Source of the DNA: an uncultured Spirochaetales bacterium
GTDB taxonomy: Bacteria; Spirochaetota; Spirochaetia; SPDA01; CAZJBZ01
DNA: 64,000 nucleotides
NCBI GenBank assembly: GCA_964594055.1
Contig: CAZQKT010000001.1
Location: 11,577-75,576, forward strand
Direction of reading: 5' to 3'
Part shown: positions 28,562-37,864 of the stretch, one piece after another
Layout: every line of letters begins with the position of its first letter
How positions within the stretch are numbered: position 1 is the first letter of the stretch
The notes under the pieces: generated by a model
The model's input: the letters and a program-made list of their open reading frames with translations, nothing else
Told to the model about the DNA's origin: nothing
Database searches by the model: none
Translations under genes and position numbers: made by a program

Positions 28562-30459
28562 TAAAAATCCTTTAAAAGCCCGTATTTCATTCTCAAAAGT
28601 TCGAAGAGGGAGGATTGTGTGAATATACCTGCTTCATTTTCTGTAGTAGTACAAGTACGCAGAATATCCGGTAGTAATGCTGCAGTCTTTTCTCTGTCGT
28701 GCAGGAGCACCACCCCACCTGTCGACTTCTCTATCGATTTTTCAATTTTATTGAGGATTGTCAACTCGTCAAGTCTTTTCGCACTCTGCATGCGGTAATC
28801 AAAACTGTCTATTTGGAAAATTATCATTTCCATTCCCAGCTCTCGGACTGCTTGATCTACCTTTTCATTGCGGCCCGCTTCCGCATAGGGAGGACGGAAA
28901 TAGCGCATCGGATAATGATACCCGAGCAATGCATCCAACGCCGTTTGGGTACGGATTATTTCTTCTTTTATCTCTTCTATATCATGTTCCCCGTCGTTAT
29001 AGTCCCCTCCGGAAAGATTATGGTGACTGTAGGAATGGTTGGCTATACTGTGGTCCTCTCTAATCATCCTGTCCATTACTCTCTCGGCAAGAAGTAAAGG
29101 ACGACCATGCTCATCCAGTAGGTTTTTCCCATTTATAAAAAAAGTTGCCGTAATATGCAGCGGTTTGAGAATATCGAGTATTCTTTCGGTAACTGTTATG
29201 TTCTCTTCTTCATCGATGACCGCGAGGTTCGGCCCGTCATCAAAAGTAAGATGAATTTTATTGCCGAAGTTCACAGTACTGTCTTCGAAATAGTAGATGC
29301 CCATCCCCTCTAGTACGGCGCTCTTTCCCTGATAAGAAGCTACTAAGTTCAGGCCGTTCTCGACCGAGACTGGTCCACCGTGCGTTGAAGCAATCGGTTG
29401 AGCACGTGCTTTCTCGAGTTCGACAGTTGCATCAAAAGAAAGGGCTGATCGGTTTTTCGTTTTGTCCTCTTTAGGATAAAAGACCGGTGATGTTTCCCCG
29501 ACGATTACCAGGAGGAGGACAGGTATGAGCACGAGTTGGAATGCTGTTTTCCATCCGACGGATGACACAATAGTGGCGAGACTGGTAATCTTTTCTGTAA
29601 AGCGGCTTAGAATGTCTGCAAGTGTTCGAATGGACCTGCTCACGGCAGCGGCAGTGCGGCGGGTGGTCTGCAGGAAGGTTTTATACCACTTGTACACATC
29701 TACTGCCGGCAACGAGAACACGCGATAAGAGAGACGGAAGTCCAGTGCCTGGAACTGCCCGTACCACATGCCTTGTTGCTCTTCGCCCCGCGCTAAAAGT
29801 TTTGTGGTTACGGCCTTCAGTAGTTTATTTGTTGTAAATAGAGTCGAGCCGGAAACTTTCGTGCCGTTTTTCCTGTTCGACTGCACTCTTTTATAGAGGA
29901 GGGTCTCTCTTAAAACGCGCAGATCACCCGCCCCGGACTCGAGAAGCTCCGCTGCTCTCTCACCTATGAGCAGCTGCCAAACCGTACAATCAATACAGTC
30001 GAACAAGTATCTCTTTACCGAGTTCTCGAGTTCTCTGCTGTCTTCTTCTCCGCGGAGTGATATATACAGTTTGTTGAATACCACGTCCGCTACGATCCGC
30101 GGAGGAAAAAAAATTTCGTTTCTCAAGGAGGCAGGTAATACAATTTCTATCGGATCGGTCTCTCTGTTTTGATGCCTGCCGGAAGAAGGAAAGGGGAGGT
30201 GTGAAGTAGAGGCGGCCTGCAGTGCTGCCTCGAGTGCCGAAAAAAACGGTGAAAAATCATCGTTTTTCCCTGCAATACTTTTTTGTGTATTGTAGGCGAG
30301 CGTTTGCAAAAGGGTCTCGATGCTCAGTTTACAGGCTTTGAGAGTTTTAAAACGGCTATGTTTTTCACGCGTAAAAAAATAGAGAATATTCCTCTCGTAG
30401 TGACCCACAGTATAATTATGCGAAAATTGCACGTTCCATGCAACACTGTTTTTATACAT
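28561..30459 (-). CDS. Membrane protein: unknown ~290-aa cytoplasmic domain + 1 TM + extracytoplasmic polysaccharide deacetylase (NodB/CE4) domain
   Basis: 632 aa. TM at FQLVLIPVLLLVIVG; NodB motifs LTFDDGPN (motif 1) and ANHSYSHHNL (motif 2), plus a downstream RPPYAEAG. First gene of a three-gene minus-strand operon. Confidence 0.55.
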   Translation of the reverse strand: MYKNSVAWNVQFSHNYTVGHYERNILYFFTREKHSRFKTLKACKLSIETLLQTLAYNTQKSIAGKNDDFSPFFSALEAALQAASTSHLPFPSSGRHQNRETDPIEIVLPASLRNEIFFPPRIVADVVFNKLYISLRGEEDSRELENSVKRYLFDCIDCTVWQLLIGERAAELLESGAGDLRVLRETLLYKRVQSNRKNGTKVSGSTLFTTNKLLKAVTTKLLARGEEQQGMWYGQFQALDFRLSYRVFSLPAVDVYKWYKTFLQTTRRTAAAVSRSIRTLADILSRFTEKITSLATIVSSVGWKTAFQLVLIPVLLLVIVGETSPVFYPKEDKTKNRSALSFDATVELEKARAQPIASTHGGPVSVENGLNLVASYQGKSAVLEGMGIYYFEDSTVNFGNKIHLTFDDGPNLAVIDEEENITVTERILDILKPLHITATFFINGKNLLDEHGRPLLLAERVMDRMIREDHSIANHSYSHHNLSGGDYNDGEHDIEEIKEEIIRTQTALDALLGYHYPMRYFRPPYAEAGRNEKVDQAVRELGMEMIIFQIDSFDYRMQSAKRLDELTILNKIEKSIEKSTGGVVLLHDREKTAALLPDILRTCTTTENEAGIFTQSSLFELLRMKYGLLKDF

Positions 30460-30513
30460 TTTTTATTCGAAACTATTTGATTTTTTGCACGTATATATAT
30501 TATCTTTTAAGTA

Positions 30514-32583
30514 ATGAATAAAGGTAATTTATTACAGTATGAAAAGAGTCCGTATCTGCTCCAGCATGCCGAAAATCCGGTCCACTGGAAACCGTGGGGT
30601 GATGCGGCATTTGAGCAGGCGAAACATGAGGATAAGCCGATATTTCTCTCTATCGGGTATTCTACATGCCACTGGTGTCATGTAATGGAGAAAGAATCTT
30701 TTGAGGATGAACACGCGGCGTCCCTGCTGAATGGGACATTTGTGTGTATAAAAGTCGATCGGGAAGAGAGGCCCGATATTGACAGTGTATATATGGATGT
30801 TGTTCAGGCCTTGACCGGGACAGGAGGTTGGCCTCTCACTGTCGTTATGACTCCTGAAAAAAAGCCGTTTTTTGCCGCTACATATATTCCGAGAGAAGAT
30901 ACGTATGGAAGAGTCGGGTTGCTCAATCTCATTCCCCGGATCAGCCAGGTGTGGAACAATGAAAGGGAAAGAGTAGATGAATCGGCCGAATCAATTGTGA
31001 ACCAGCTCGTTGCTAATGAGACCAGAGATTTCTCGGATAGGTTCCCGGGCAATGATGTGCCGGATAAGGCTTTTGTTGCTTTAAAGAGTAATTACGATGA
31101 AAAACATGGGGGATTCAATGAAGCTCCAAAGTTCCCTTCTCCCCACAACCTTCTGTTTCTGCTCCGTTACTGGAAGCGTACCGGAAATGAAGAGAGTCTG
31201 AACATGGTGCTTCACACTCTCACTGCAATGCGGCGGGGCGGTATGTTCGATCAGATAGGATTCGGATTTCACCGGTATTCAACCGATCGATTCTGGCTTG
31301 TTCCTCATTTCGAAAAAATGCTCTACGATCAAGCTCTTTTGGCAATGACCTACTTCGAAGCGTATGAAGCAACCGGAAACGGTCTGTTTGCACAAACCGG
31401 AAGGGAAATATGTGCCTATGTGGCTGAAAAACTTACCGACAAACAGGGAGGCTTCTATTCCGCCGAAGATGCGGATAGTGAGGGGGTAGAAGGGAAGTAC
31501 TACGTATGGAGCTGGAAAGAGTTGGAAAATGCACTCGAACCGGAAGAGATGGATTTTTTAAAGGAATATGTGACCGTTTCCCGGGAAGGAAATTTTCATG
31601 AGCCGGCAATCAAAGAAGAAGGGGCCAACGTTTTCTCACGTAAAAGACCGATTGATACAAATACAGAAAAAAACCAGTGGGAGAAGGTCCGGAAAAAATT
31701 GGAGCGCCTACGGTCAACCCGTTCTGCTCCTTTCAAGGACGATAAAATACTTACAGACTGGAACGGATTGATGATTATGGCATTTGCTGCAGGCTATAGA
31801 CTGCTTGGCGATCCGCGTTTCCGGGAGCGGGCCGAACAGGCGGCACAGTTCGTGCTCTCCAATATGAGAGAGGGCGAAGATGATCTTCTGCACATGTATC
31901 GGGACGGGACCGCTATGGTGGAGGCGAAACTGGACGATTACGCCTTTTTCGGTTTGGGTTGTGTTCGGTTGTTCGAAGCAACGTTTAATCCGTTCTACCT
32001 CGAGTGGGCGGTAACACTTGCCGAGAAAGCGCTCCGGCTTTTTTGGGACACTGCCCGGGGAGGATTCTATCTTACTGACCGCACAAATGATGAACTGTTT
32101 CTAAAAGAAAAACCGCACTTGGATATGGCTATTCCTTCCGGTAACTCGGTAATGTACGATCTGTTCACCCGGTTAGGACGTCTAACCGGTAATCAGGAGT
32201 ATGAGCAGACCGGAGAAGAGATCGGGAAAAGCTTATCAAAACAGATAACGAGTGTACCGTACGCGCATACTTATTTTCTCGCAGGAATAGAGGCGAACAG
32301 AGGCCGGCGGAGAGAAGTCGTTGTAGTAGGGAAGCCTCAGGACGAGCAGACGAAGAAAATACTCGACTTTCTCAACCACACCTATCTGCCGGGACAGATC
32401 GTGCTGGTAAAAAGTCCGGATGGAGCTTCGAACGGCGAACAGAACATTTCATCTCTTGTTCCACATATAGCGCAGTATGGGATGATCGATAATAAAACAA
32501 CGGTGTACGTCTGTGAGAACTTCGCCTGCAAGAAACCGGTAACTGAGCTTGAAAGTGTGAAAGAGCTCATAATTCGGCGGTAA
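30514..32583 (+). CDS. Thioredoxin-domain protein YyaL family (DUF255 + (alpha/alpha)6 barrel)
   Basis: 689 aa. N-terminal [52 protein letters not shown] (CxxC thioredoxin-like), then a glycoside-hydrolase-like six-hairpin domain. Confidence 0.8.
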   Translation: MNKGNLLQYEKSPYLLQHAENPVHWKPWGDAAFEQAKHEDKPIFLSIGYSTCHWCHVMEKESFEDEHAASLLNGTFVCIKVDREERPDIDSVYMDVVQALTGTGGWPLTVVMTPEKKPFFAATYIPREDTYGRVGLLNLIPRISQVWNNERERVDESAESIVNQLVANETRDFSDRFPGNDVPDKAFVALKSNYDEKHGGFNEAPKFPSPHNLLFLLRYWKRTGNEESLNMVLHTLTAMRRGGMFDQIGFGFHRYSTDRFWLVPHFEKMLYDQALLAMTYFEAYEATGNGLFAQTGREICAYVAEKLTDKQGGFYSAEDADSEGVEGKYYVWSWKELENALEPEEMDFLKEYVTVSREGNFHEPAIKEEGANVFSRKRPIDTNTEKNQWEKVRKKLERLRSTRSAPFKDDKILTDWNGLMIMAFAAGYRLLGDPRFRERAEQAAQFVLSNMREGEDDLLHMYRDGTAMVEAKLDDYAFFGLGCVRLFEATFNPFYLEWAVTLAEKALRLFWDTARGGFYLTDRTNDELFLKEKPHLDMAIPSGNSVMYDLFTRLGRLTGNQEYEQTGEEIGKSLSKQITSVPYAHTYFLAGIEANRGRRREVVVVGKPQDEQTKKILDFLNHTYLPGQIVLVKSPDGASNGEQNISSLVPHIAQYGMIDNKTTVYVCENFACKKPVTELESVKELIIRR

Positions 32584-32899
32584 GAATGAGAGGAAGGCTT
32601 GTCGCTTCGAGCGGGGATGCATCGAAACCGCCGAAATAGGTTATCGAAGGAAAACCGGCTTCTACCACATAACGGTGCATTTTCATTTTTGCCGCGGAAA
32701 TCATCTCGGCATCAGAATCAATGCCTGTAACCGCGTGTCCTTTTTCGGATAGGGCAAGGGCGAGATTGCCGGTTGCACATCCGATATCGAGAAGGTTCCG
32801 GGGTGGAGGAGGGAGCCGTTTTGTTATAAAATTTATTTGTTTTGCACTAAAAGGGAAGATCCGGTCGTAATAGTCAGATATGCTTGCATAAAAACCCAT
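32567..32899 (-). pseudogene. Truncated SAM-dependent methyltransferase (N-terminal ~110 aa only)
   Basis: Motif I (LLDIGCATGNLALALSEKGHAVTGIDSDAEM) and motif II region are present, then the ORF terminates. The remainder is absent in any frame, and its 3' end overlaps the convergent yyaL gene. Confidence 0.35.
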
Positions 32900-32902
32900 T
32901 GG

Positions 32903-33403
32903 TTACACCTGTGGACGGATAATTTCCGGGTAGCTCGAATAGAGTGCCTCTTTCAATTCAGCAGTAAGTTCGGCAAGAGTGTCCAGGTTGTGGGGGAAGG
33001 CGTACAAAACGAATTTTCTTAGAATTTTCTGGTGTTCATCCAGAATACTTTTTTTGTTCGGGAACCCCGAGATGCCCATTTTGTCCCGTATTACCGGAAG
33101 GAGAAACTGGCGGACACAGGAGATAAAGGTTTCGAGTTCCCGAATACCTTCCCGAATTGACAGTTCGTCACCACTATGAAAAAATCTCAGATAGATAAGA
33201 TTTCTAATCTCTCTTATTGTCCGCGAGTCGATAGGAAGGTCGTCGATGAGCACTGCAAACCAGGTCCTATCAAAATAATTTTCAAAAACATGGCGAATAT
33301 CTTCGATTATTTCAATCAGTCCGCGGATATTTGGCGGGGGGGTAACTGCTGTCGACGATTGCTGCACGGTGCTTACACGTTCCATAGTATTTTTTCGGAG
33401 CAA
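32903..33403 (-). CDS. Hypothetical protein
   Basis: 166 aa ORF co-directional with, and 36 nt downstream of, the REC-PAS gene. No recognised motif. Confidence 0.35.
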   Translation of the reverse strand: MLRKNTMERVSTVQQSSTAVTPPPNIRGLIEIIEDIRHVFENYFDRTWFAVLIDDLPIDSRTIREIRNLIYLRFFHSGDELSIREGIRELETFISCVRQFLLPVIRDKMGISGFPNKKSILDEHQKILRKFVLYAFPHNLDTLAELTAELKEALYSSYPEIIRPQV

Positions 33404-33441
33404 TAGGGCAGCATCTTTAATGGGTCTTTACTAGGCATTCG

Positions 33442-34584
33442 TTATTGTCGGCTTCTTAATACAAGAAGGGAAAAAAGAGCACCGTTTTTTTCGATACTAT
33501 ATTTTGCAGCATGGAATTTTTTCAGTTCGTCATCTTTGATTCTGAGCTTAACAGGGCGGTCGTCCACATCTTCCCCGTTGTTCAACAAAGCAAGAAACAG
33601 GTTCATATCTTCGATTTTTTTCCAATTGACGAACCGGATTGCGGATTGATCGATGAGTTCTTCCCGTGTAAATCCGCTCGCTTCGACAAACGCATCATTT
33701 ACTTCCACAATGTTCCAATCGTGAAACTGGATGAGTAAAGCACTATACACATTGTTTTCGATGTCTTGCCGGAGCGATTCGGGAATGACGTCGATGTGAT
33801 TGGAAGGTCCGGAGGGTTTTTCATGTAATTCGGTAACCGTGAAAATGCAGCCTTGAAAATCCCCATTGCTCCCCCGGTATAATTTAGGAGAAACCAATAC
33901 TCGCGCGGCGGTAAGCTCTTTTCTGCTGAGATCAAGTTCAAAAGAACGCTCTCCAACGATAGTTTGGTCCTGCCACAGTTTGGACACGGTTTCCACATTG
34001 GATTGGTCGAGAAGTACTCTTACATCTTGATTGTATATCTCCTCTTGTGTGTACCCGGTTATCTCCAAAAAGTGTTCATTTGCAAAACTGATCTTCCAGT
34101 TGTTATCAACAACGAGTAATCCATTTCTCATTTCCTGAACGATTTTTCTCAGCCGTTTTTCGCTCTCTTTGAGTTCTTTTTCCATTTGGTATTTATAGAA
34201 CGCTATTTCGATGTTGCTTCGCAGCTCTCGGTCGGTAAAAGGTTTTAATACATAGCCGTACGGTTCGGTCAATTTTGCCCTCTGTAACGTCGGCTCATCA
34301 GCGTAAGCAGTGAGGTAGACGATGGGCAGATCGTATTTGTCCCCTATTGAATGAGCGGTTTCTATGCCGTCTACATTTCCCTCCAGTTTTATATCCATAA
34401 GAATGAGGCCCGGATGCAAGCTTTCGATGCTCTCCAAAGCTTCTCCGCCGCTTGCGCAGACATCTGTTACCGTATACCCCATTTTTTCCAGTTTCCGCTG
34501 CAGACTTTCTGCAACAATTGCTTCGTCTTCTACGATAAGAATTGTATCTTTTAGGTTTTGTTTAACGCTATTGTGTACGAGCAT
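33442..34584 (-). CDS. Response regulator with REC domain followed by two PAS-like domains (no obvious output domain)
   Basis: 380 aa. REC: ILIVEDEAIVAESL...LILMDIKLEGNVDGIETA...KPF; PAS-like segments follow (ITGYTQEEIYNQD..., ASGFTREELIDQS...). Confidence 0.7.
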   Translation of the reverse strand: MLVHNSVKQNLKDTILIVEDEAIVAESLQRKLEKMGYTVTDVCASGGEALESIESLHPGLILMDIKLEGNVDGIETAHSIGDKYDLPIVYLTAYADEPTLQRAKLTEPYGYVLKPFTDRELRSNIEIAFYKYQMEKELKESEKRLRKIVQEMRNGLLVVDNNWKISFANEHFLEITGYTQEEIYNQDVRVLLDQSNVETVSKLWQDQTIVGERSFELDLSRKELTAARVLVSPKLYRGSNGDFQGCIFTVTELHEKPSGPSNHIDVIPESLRQDIENNVYSALLIQFHDWNIVEVNDAFVEASGFTREELIDQSAIRFVNWKKIEDMNLFLALLNNGEDVDDRPVKLRIKDDELKKFHAAKYSIEKNGALFSLLVLRSRQ

Positions 34585-34586
34585 TG

Positions 34587-36017
34587 TTATACTCTCCCTC
34601 TGAAGGTCTTCACCAATTCAACCCTGTTTCTTACATTCAATTTTCTGTAGATGCTGCTTAAGTGTTTTTTAACGGTGATTTCCGCTACATTGATTTTGTC
34701 GGCAATTTCTTTGTTCTGCAGTCCTTCCATCAAGTGCTGAATAATCTCAAACTCTCGATTTGTGATCACACCTTCATCATTACCCTTGTTTTTCGGTAAG
34801 TTCTTATGGGGTTTTTCGAGTATTTGGAAAAAGCCGGACCTCTGCAGCTGTTGCTGAGATAAGTTCACCCCGCTGAGCACTTTCGGGGTAGTGAGACCGC
34901 CCGCCGTATCTTCTCCTTTTTTGGAAGAAGTAGGGTTTCCCCTATCCGGTTTACTTTCAGTTTTACTTTGTCTGACAGATATGCAGGAGCGTGAAAGGTC
35001 CCGCGAAGCTGCTATGTAGCCTGCAACCGAACCTTCTATAACGACGGGAGTAAAAAGCGTATCCACCTCTTTTGAGTAGGCAGTACTGACAGGTACAAGG
35101 TGATTGATGCGAAACGGCATACCCACCGGCCCGTTTGTTTCAGCAAGAGAAGAAAACACATTTGCCGTATCCGCGTCAAAAACCGCATGGATTGTTTTAT
35201 CGATCACAGCCGAGGGGGCAAACCCTAGATTCTGTTCTGCCGTCGGACTTACATATTTAATTACATTTTTATTGTTGAGAATCCAGATAACATCGTTGTT
35301 TACCTCGAGAAACCGGGGAGCAGGGGACAGTGATGGATACCATGTGGTGTATTCGCTGTAGGTGGCTATTCGTTCTTGATGCGCTTTTTTATTTCGTCTG
35401 TAGAAGTGTGAGAACAGGACTGTTTTAAGCACTTCATCCAATTCGCGCGCTTTAAAAGTACCGTGATTTTGACCGTTATCGTTCTGTTCGAACACGAGTG
35501 AGTCCGAAATAATGGTTTTTGTATGGAGTTCACTGATCTCCTGTACCCAGTCCGGAGAAAAGGTTTCATAAAAATAAACACATATGCCTGAGGCGGGCAT
35601 GCCGGCATATATGTGGTCTAATGTTTTTTCAAATTGAAGCAACTGCTCTTTTTCCAGGACATGCCCGGCTAAAACAGTCATATCTATGATAACATTCAAT
35701 TGTTTAAACCCGGTTTCTTCCGTTTTTTTAATTTCCCGTTCAATTAATCGAAACAGATCGTCCATATCCGGTGATTTTTCCCAAAGGTATTCCTCTATCG
35801 GGACATTGGTAAGATAATCGGGGAGTACTGCAGGATCGAGGTAGTCTAGTAGATAGTCGAGCATAGTAGAGGAGCGGCTGTCGATAAAGGTCAACAGCCG
35901 ATTTTTATTCTCTAAACTCCTCGTAATGTAATCCGAAAGGATCAGGGCCCGCTCGAATCGGGAAGCATAGATAAGAAGAATATGCTCCCTTTGTTCGTGC
36001 GTTTCAGAAACGTGCAT
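34587..36017 (-). CDS. LuxR-family transcriptional regulator with N-terminal MEDS-like and PAS domains
   Basis: 476 aa. C-terminal LuxR HTH (REFEIIQHLMEGLQNKEIADKINVAEITVKKHLSSIYRKLNVRNRVELV). The N-terminal ~190 aa resembles the MEDS (DcmR-type) sensory domain; the middle region is PAS-like. Confidence 0.6.
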   Translation of the reverse strand: MHVSETHEQREHILLIYASRFERALILSDYITRSLENKNRLLTFIDSRSSTMLDYLLDYLDPAVLPDYLTNVPIEEYLWEKSPDMDDLFRLIEREIKKTEETGFKQLNVIIDMTVLAGHVLEKEQLLQFEKTLDHIYAGMPASGICVYFYETFSPDWVQEISELHTKTIISDSLVFEQNDNGQNHGTFKARELDEVLKTVLFSHFYRRNKKAHQERIATYSEYTTWYPSLSPAPRFLEVNNDVIWILNNKNVIKYVSPTAEQNLGFAPSAVIDKTIHAVFDADTANVFSSLAETNGPVGMPFRINHLVPVSTAYSKEVDTLFTPVVIEGSVAGYIAASRDLSRSCISVRQSKTESKPDRGNPTSSKKGEDTAGGLTTPKVLSGVNLSQQQLQRSGFFQILEKPHKNLPKNKGNDEGVITNREFEIIQHLMEGLQNKEIADKINVAEITVKKHLSSIYRKLNVRNRVELVKTFRGRV

Positions 36018-36101
36018 AACGATCTAATCCTCTACAAGTATACTACTCGATAACGATCATTCGCGCTATTATACGAAAGTATACTTTTTAAAAAAAGGTG
36101 T

Positions 36102-36129
36102 TTGCAAAATCGAAATAAATATTTATACT
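36102..36129 (+). promoter_or_regulatory. Sigma70-type promoter (TTGCAA-N16-TATACT) for the MCP-cheY-cheA operon
   Basis: The -35 TTGCAA lies at 36102-36107 and the -10 TATACT at 36124-36129, ~30 nt upstream of a GGAGG RBS and ATG 36160. Confidence 0.45.
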
Positions 36130-36159
36130 GTATTAGAAAGATTGGAGGCATTACAACCT

Positions 36160-37467
36160 ATGCTGGTATCGATTTTCTATAGTATTGCGCTGGTGTTATC
36201 TCTTTTATTGCTTTTTTTCCAAAATATTACTCTGTCGATCGCTATTACGGCTGTACTTGCGGTAGGTCTTGTCCTTTCCGTTGTTGTATTTAAACGGAGG
36301 AATCGTGAATTACAACGAGAATCGGAAACGGAACGTACGTTTTCGGACTTAAAAGAAGATTTAGAACAGCTGCAGCAGAAGTACGGAGAGCTCCAAAACC
36401 GGTATGAGCAGTTAGTGCAGGCCCATGAAACGAAAGAACAGGACTTAGCGCAATTATATAAAAGGCACAAACTGTTTTTACGGTCCCTGCCTCTGGTAGA
36501 GAAAATGACGAATATTGTTGTTGAGAAAAGTGAAACCTCGACGATGGAGGTAACAAATTCGATTTTCTCTCTTGCCGAGACCAGTCAAACCGTGGGTGAA
36601 AAAATCAGAGAACTTTTAACGGAACTGTTTACCGGTCAAAAAAGCCTCGACACCGTACTCGAGACGCTCAGCAGTGAAATCGAGGGGGTTAATACCCTGA
36701 TAAATGATTTTCACTCACTCAGTAAGAGCTACCATGAGGATATGCAGGTAATAGAAAAGACCGTCCGCGGGATAAACGAATTCACAGGGAATATCACCGA
36801 TTTAGCGGACCAAACCAACATTCTCGCAATCAACGCTTCTATCGAAGCGGCCCGGGTCGGTGAGCACGGTAAAGGGTTCTCGGTCATTGCCGAAGAGGTG
36901 CAGAACCTCTCGCGGAACTCAAAAAAAGTTGCCGAACAGATAAATGAGATGATTCATGAAACCTCGGTTGCAGTGGATGAATCGTTTGCTAAACAATCCC
37001 GGCATATAGAACATGCTGTCTCGTCCATGGAGCGGGCCCAAGAGACGCTCCGTTCTATTTCGGCGGTCCTGTTTCAGCAGCTCCGTACAGTCGAAACCTC
37101 GGTCGAAGAATCCGAGAAACTCTCAGGTTCTGTTACCGAAGGGCTCAACGATGTGATCCATTCTCAGCAATTCCAAGATATCACGAGACAGGTATTGGAA
37201 CATTTGGTTTCCTATCTCAATGATATCGAAAATGACTGGGGAGAATTGTTGAACAAGCAGGAGCTTGACGTTACAATTGATGAAGAAGAATTAGAAAATC
37301 ACATAAAAGAGAGTGCCTCAAAATATTTCACCGTTAGAGAAGAGTGGGAAGCAGCCGGCCTCGAAATAGACGAACAATTGTCCTCCTCGGATGTGGAAAG
37401 CAGTTCTCGTGAGGATGATTCAGACCAAAGACAAGGTGATTTTGAAGGGGACGTGACATTATTCTAA
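36160..37467 (+). CDS. Methyl-accepting chemotaxis protein (no periplasmic sensor domain; acidic C-terminal tail)
   Basis: ~436 aa. Two closely spaced N-terminal TMs, then the MCP core (NILAINASIEAARVGEHGKGFSVIAEEVQNLSRNSKK). The ORF opens at TTG 36142, but the ATG at 36160 has GGAGG about 10 nt upstream. Confidence 0.75.
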   Translation: MLVSIFYSIALVLSLLLLFFQNITLSIAITAVLAVGLVLSVVVFKRRNRELQRESETERTFSDLKEDLEQLQQKYGELQNRYEQLVQAHETKEQDLAQLYKRHKLFLRSLPLVEKMTNIVVEKSETSTMEVTNSIFSLAETSQTVGEKIRELLTELFTGQKSLDTVLETLSSEIEGVNTLINDFHSLSKSYHEDMQVIEKTVRGINEFTGNITDLADQTNILAINASIEAARVGEHGKGFSVIAEEVQNLSRNSKKVAEQINEMIHETSVAVDESFAKQSRHIEHAVSSMERAQETLRSISAVLFQQLRTVETSVEESEKLSGSVTEGLNDVIHSQQFQDITRQVLEHLVSYLNDIENDWGELLNKQELDVTIDEEELENHIKESASKYFTVREEWEAAGLEIDEQLSSSDVESSSREDDSDQRQGDFEGDVTLF

Positions 37468-37495
37468 TGTGACATTATTCTAAGGAGTTTATGGT

Positions 37496-37858
37496 ATGGC
37501 AAAAAAGGTAATGTGTGTCGATGATAGTTCCACCATCCGAATGCTGGTAAAAAAGGCATTGGACCCGGAAGGATACGAGATTGTTGAGGCGGAAAATGGT
37601 CAGGACGGTCTCGATAAACTCGGGGCAGATGTTTCCCTCTTTATTGTGGATGTCAATATGCCGGTCATGGATGGGTTCACATTTGTCAAAAGCATTAAAG
37701 ATATGGATGAACACAAAGCAAAACCGGTTGTTTTTCTAACGACGGAAAGTTCCGCTCAGAAAAAAGAACTAGGCAAGGAACTCGGGGTAAACGGATGGAT
37801 TGTCAAACCGTTTGATCCGCCCTCACTAGTTAAAGTAGTTAAAATGCTCTCAGGTTAA
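37496..37858 (+). CDS. cheY: CheY-like single-domain response regulator
   Basis: 120 aa. VMCVDDSSTIRMLV...LFIVDVNMPVMDGFTFVKSIK...KPVVFLTTE...GWIVKPF (D-D-D...K signature). Confidence 0.8.
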   Translation: MAKKVMCVDDSSTIRMLVKKALDPEGYEIVEAENGQDGLDKLGADVSLFIVDVNMPVMDGFTFVKSIKDMDEHKAKPVVFLTTESSAQKKELGKELGVNGWIVKPFDPPSLVKVVKMLSG

Positions 37859-37864
37859 GGATAT

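Noticed and set aside
26661-30459. Interpreting the cyclase-like genes as a Pycsar (cyclic-pyrimidine) anti-phage system
   Set aside because: Pycsar operons pair a cyclase with a TIR or transmembrane effector activated by cNMP. No such effector is adjacent. The partner here is a CE4 deacetylase fusion, and the two cyclase genes look like complementary halves of one enzyme rather than cyclase + effector.
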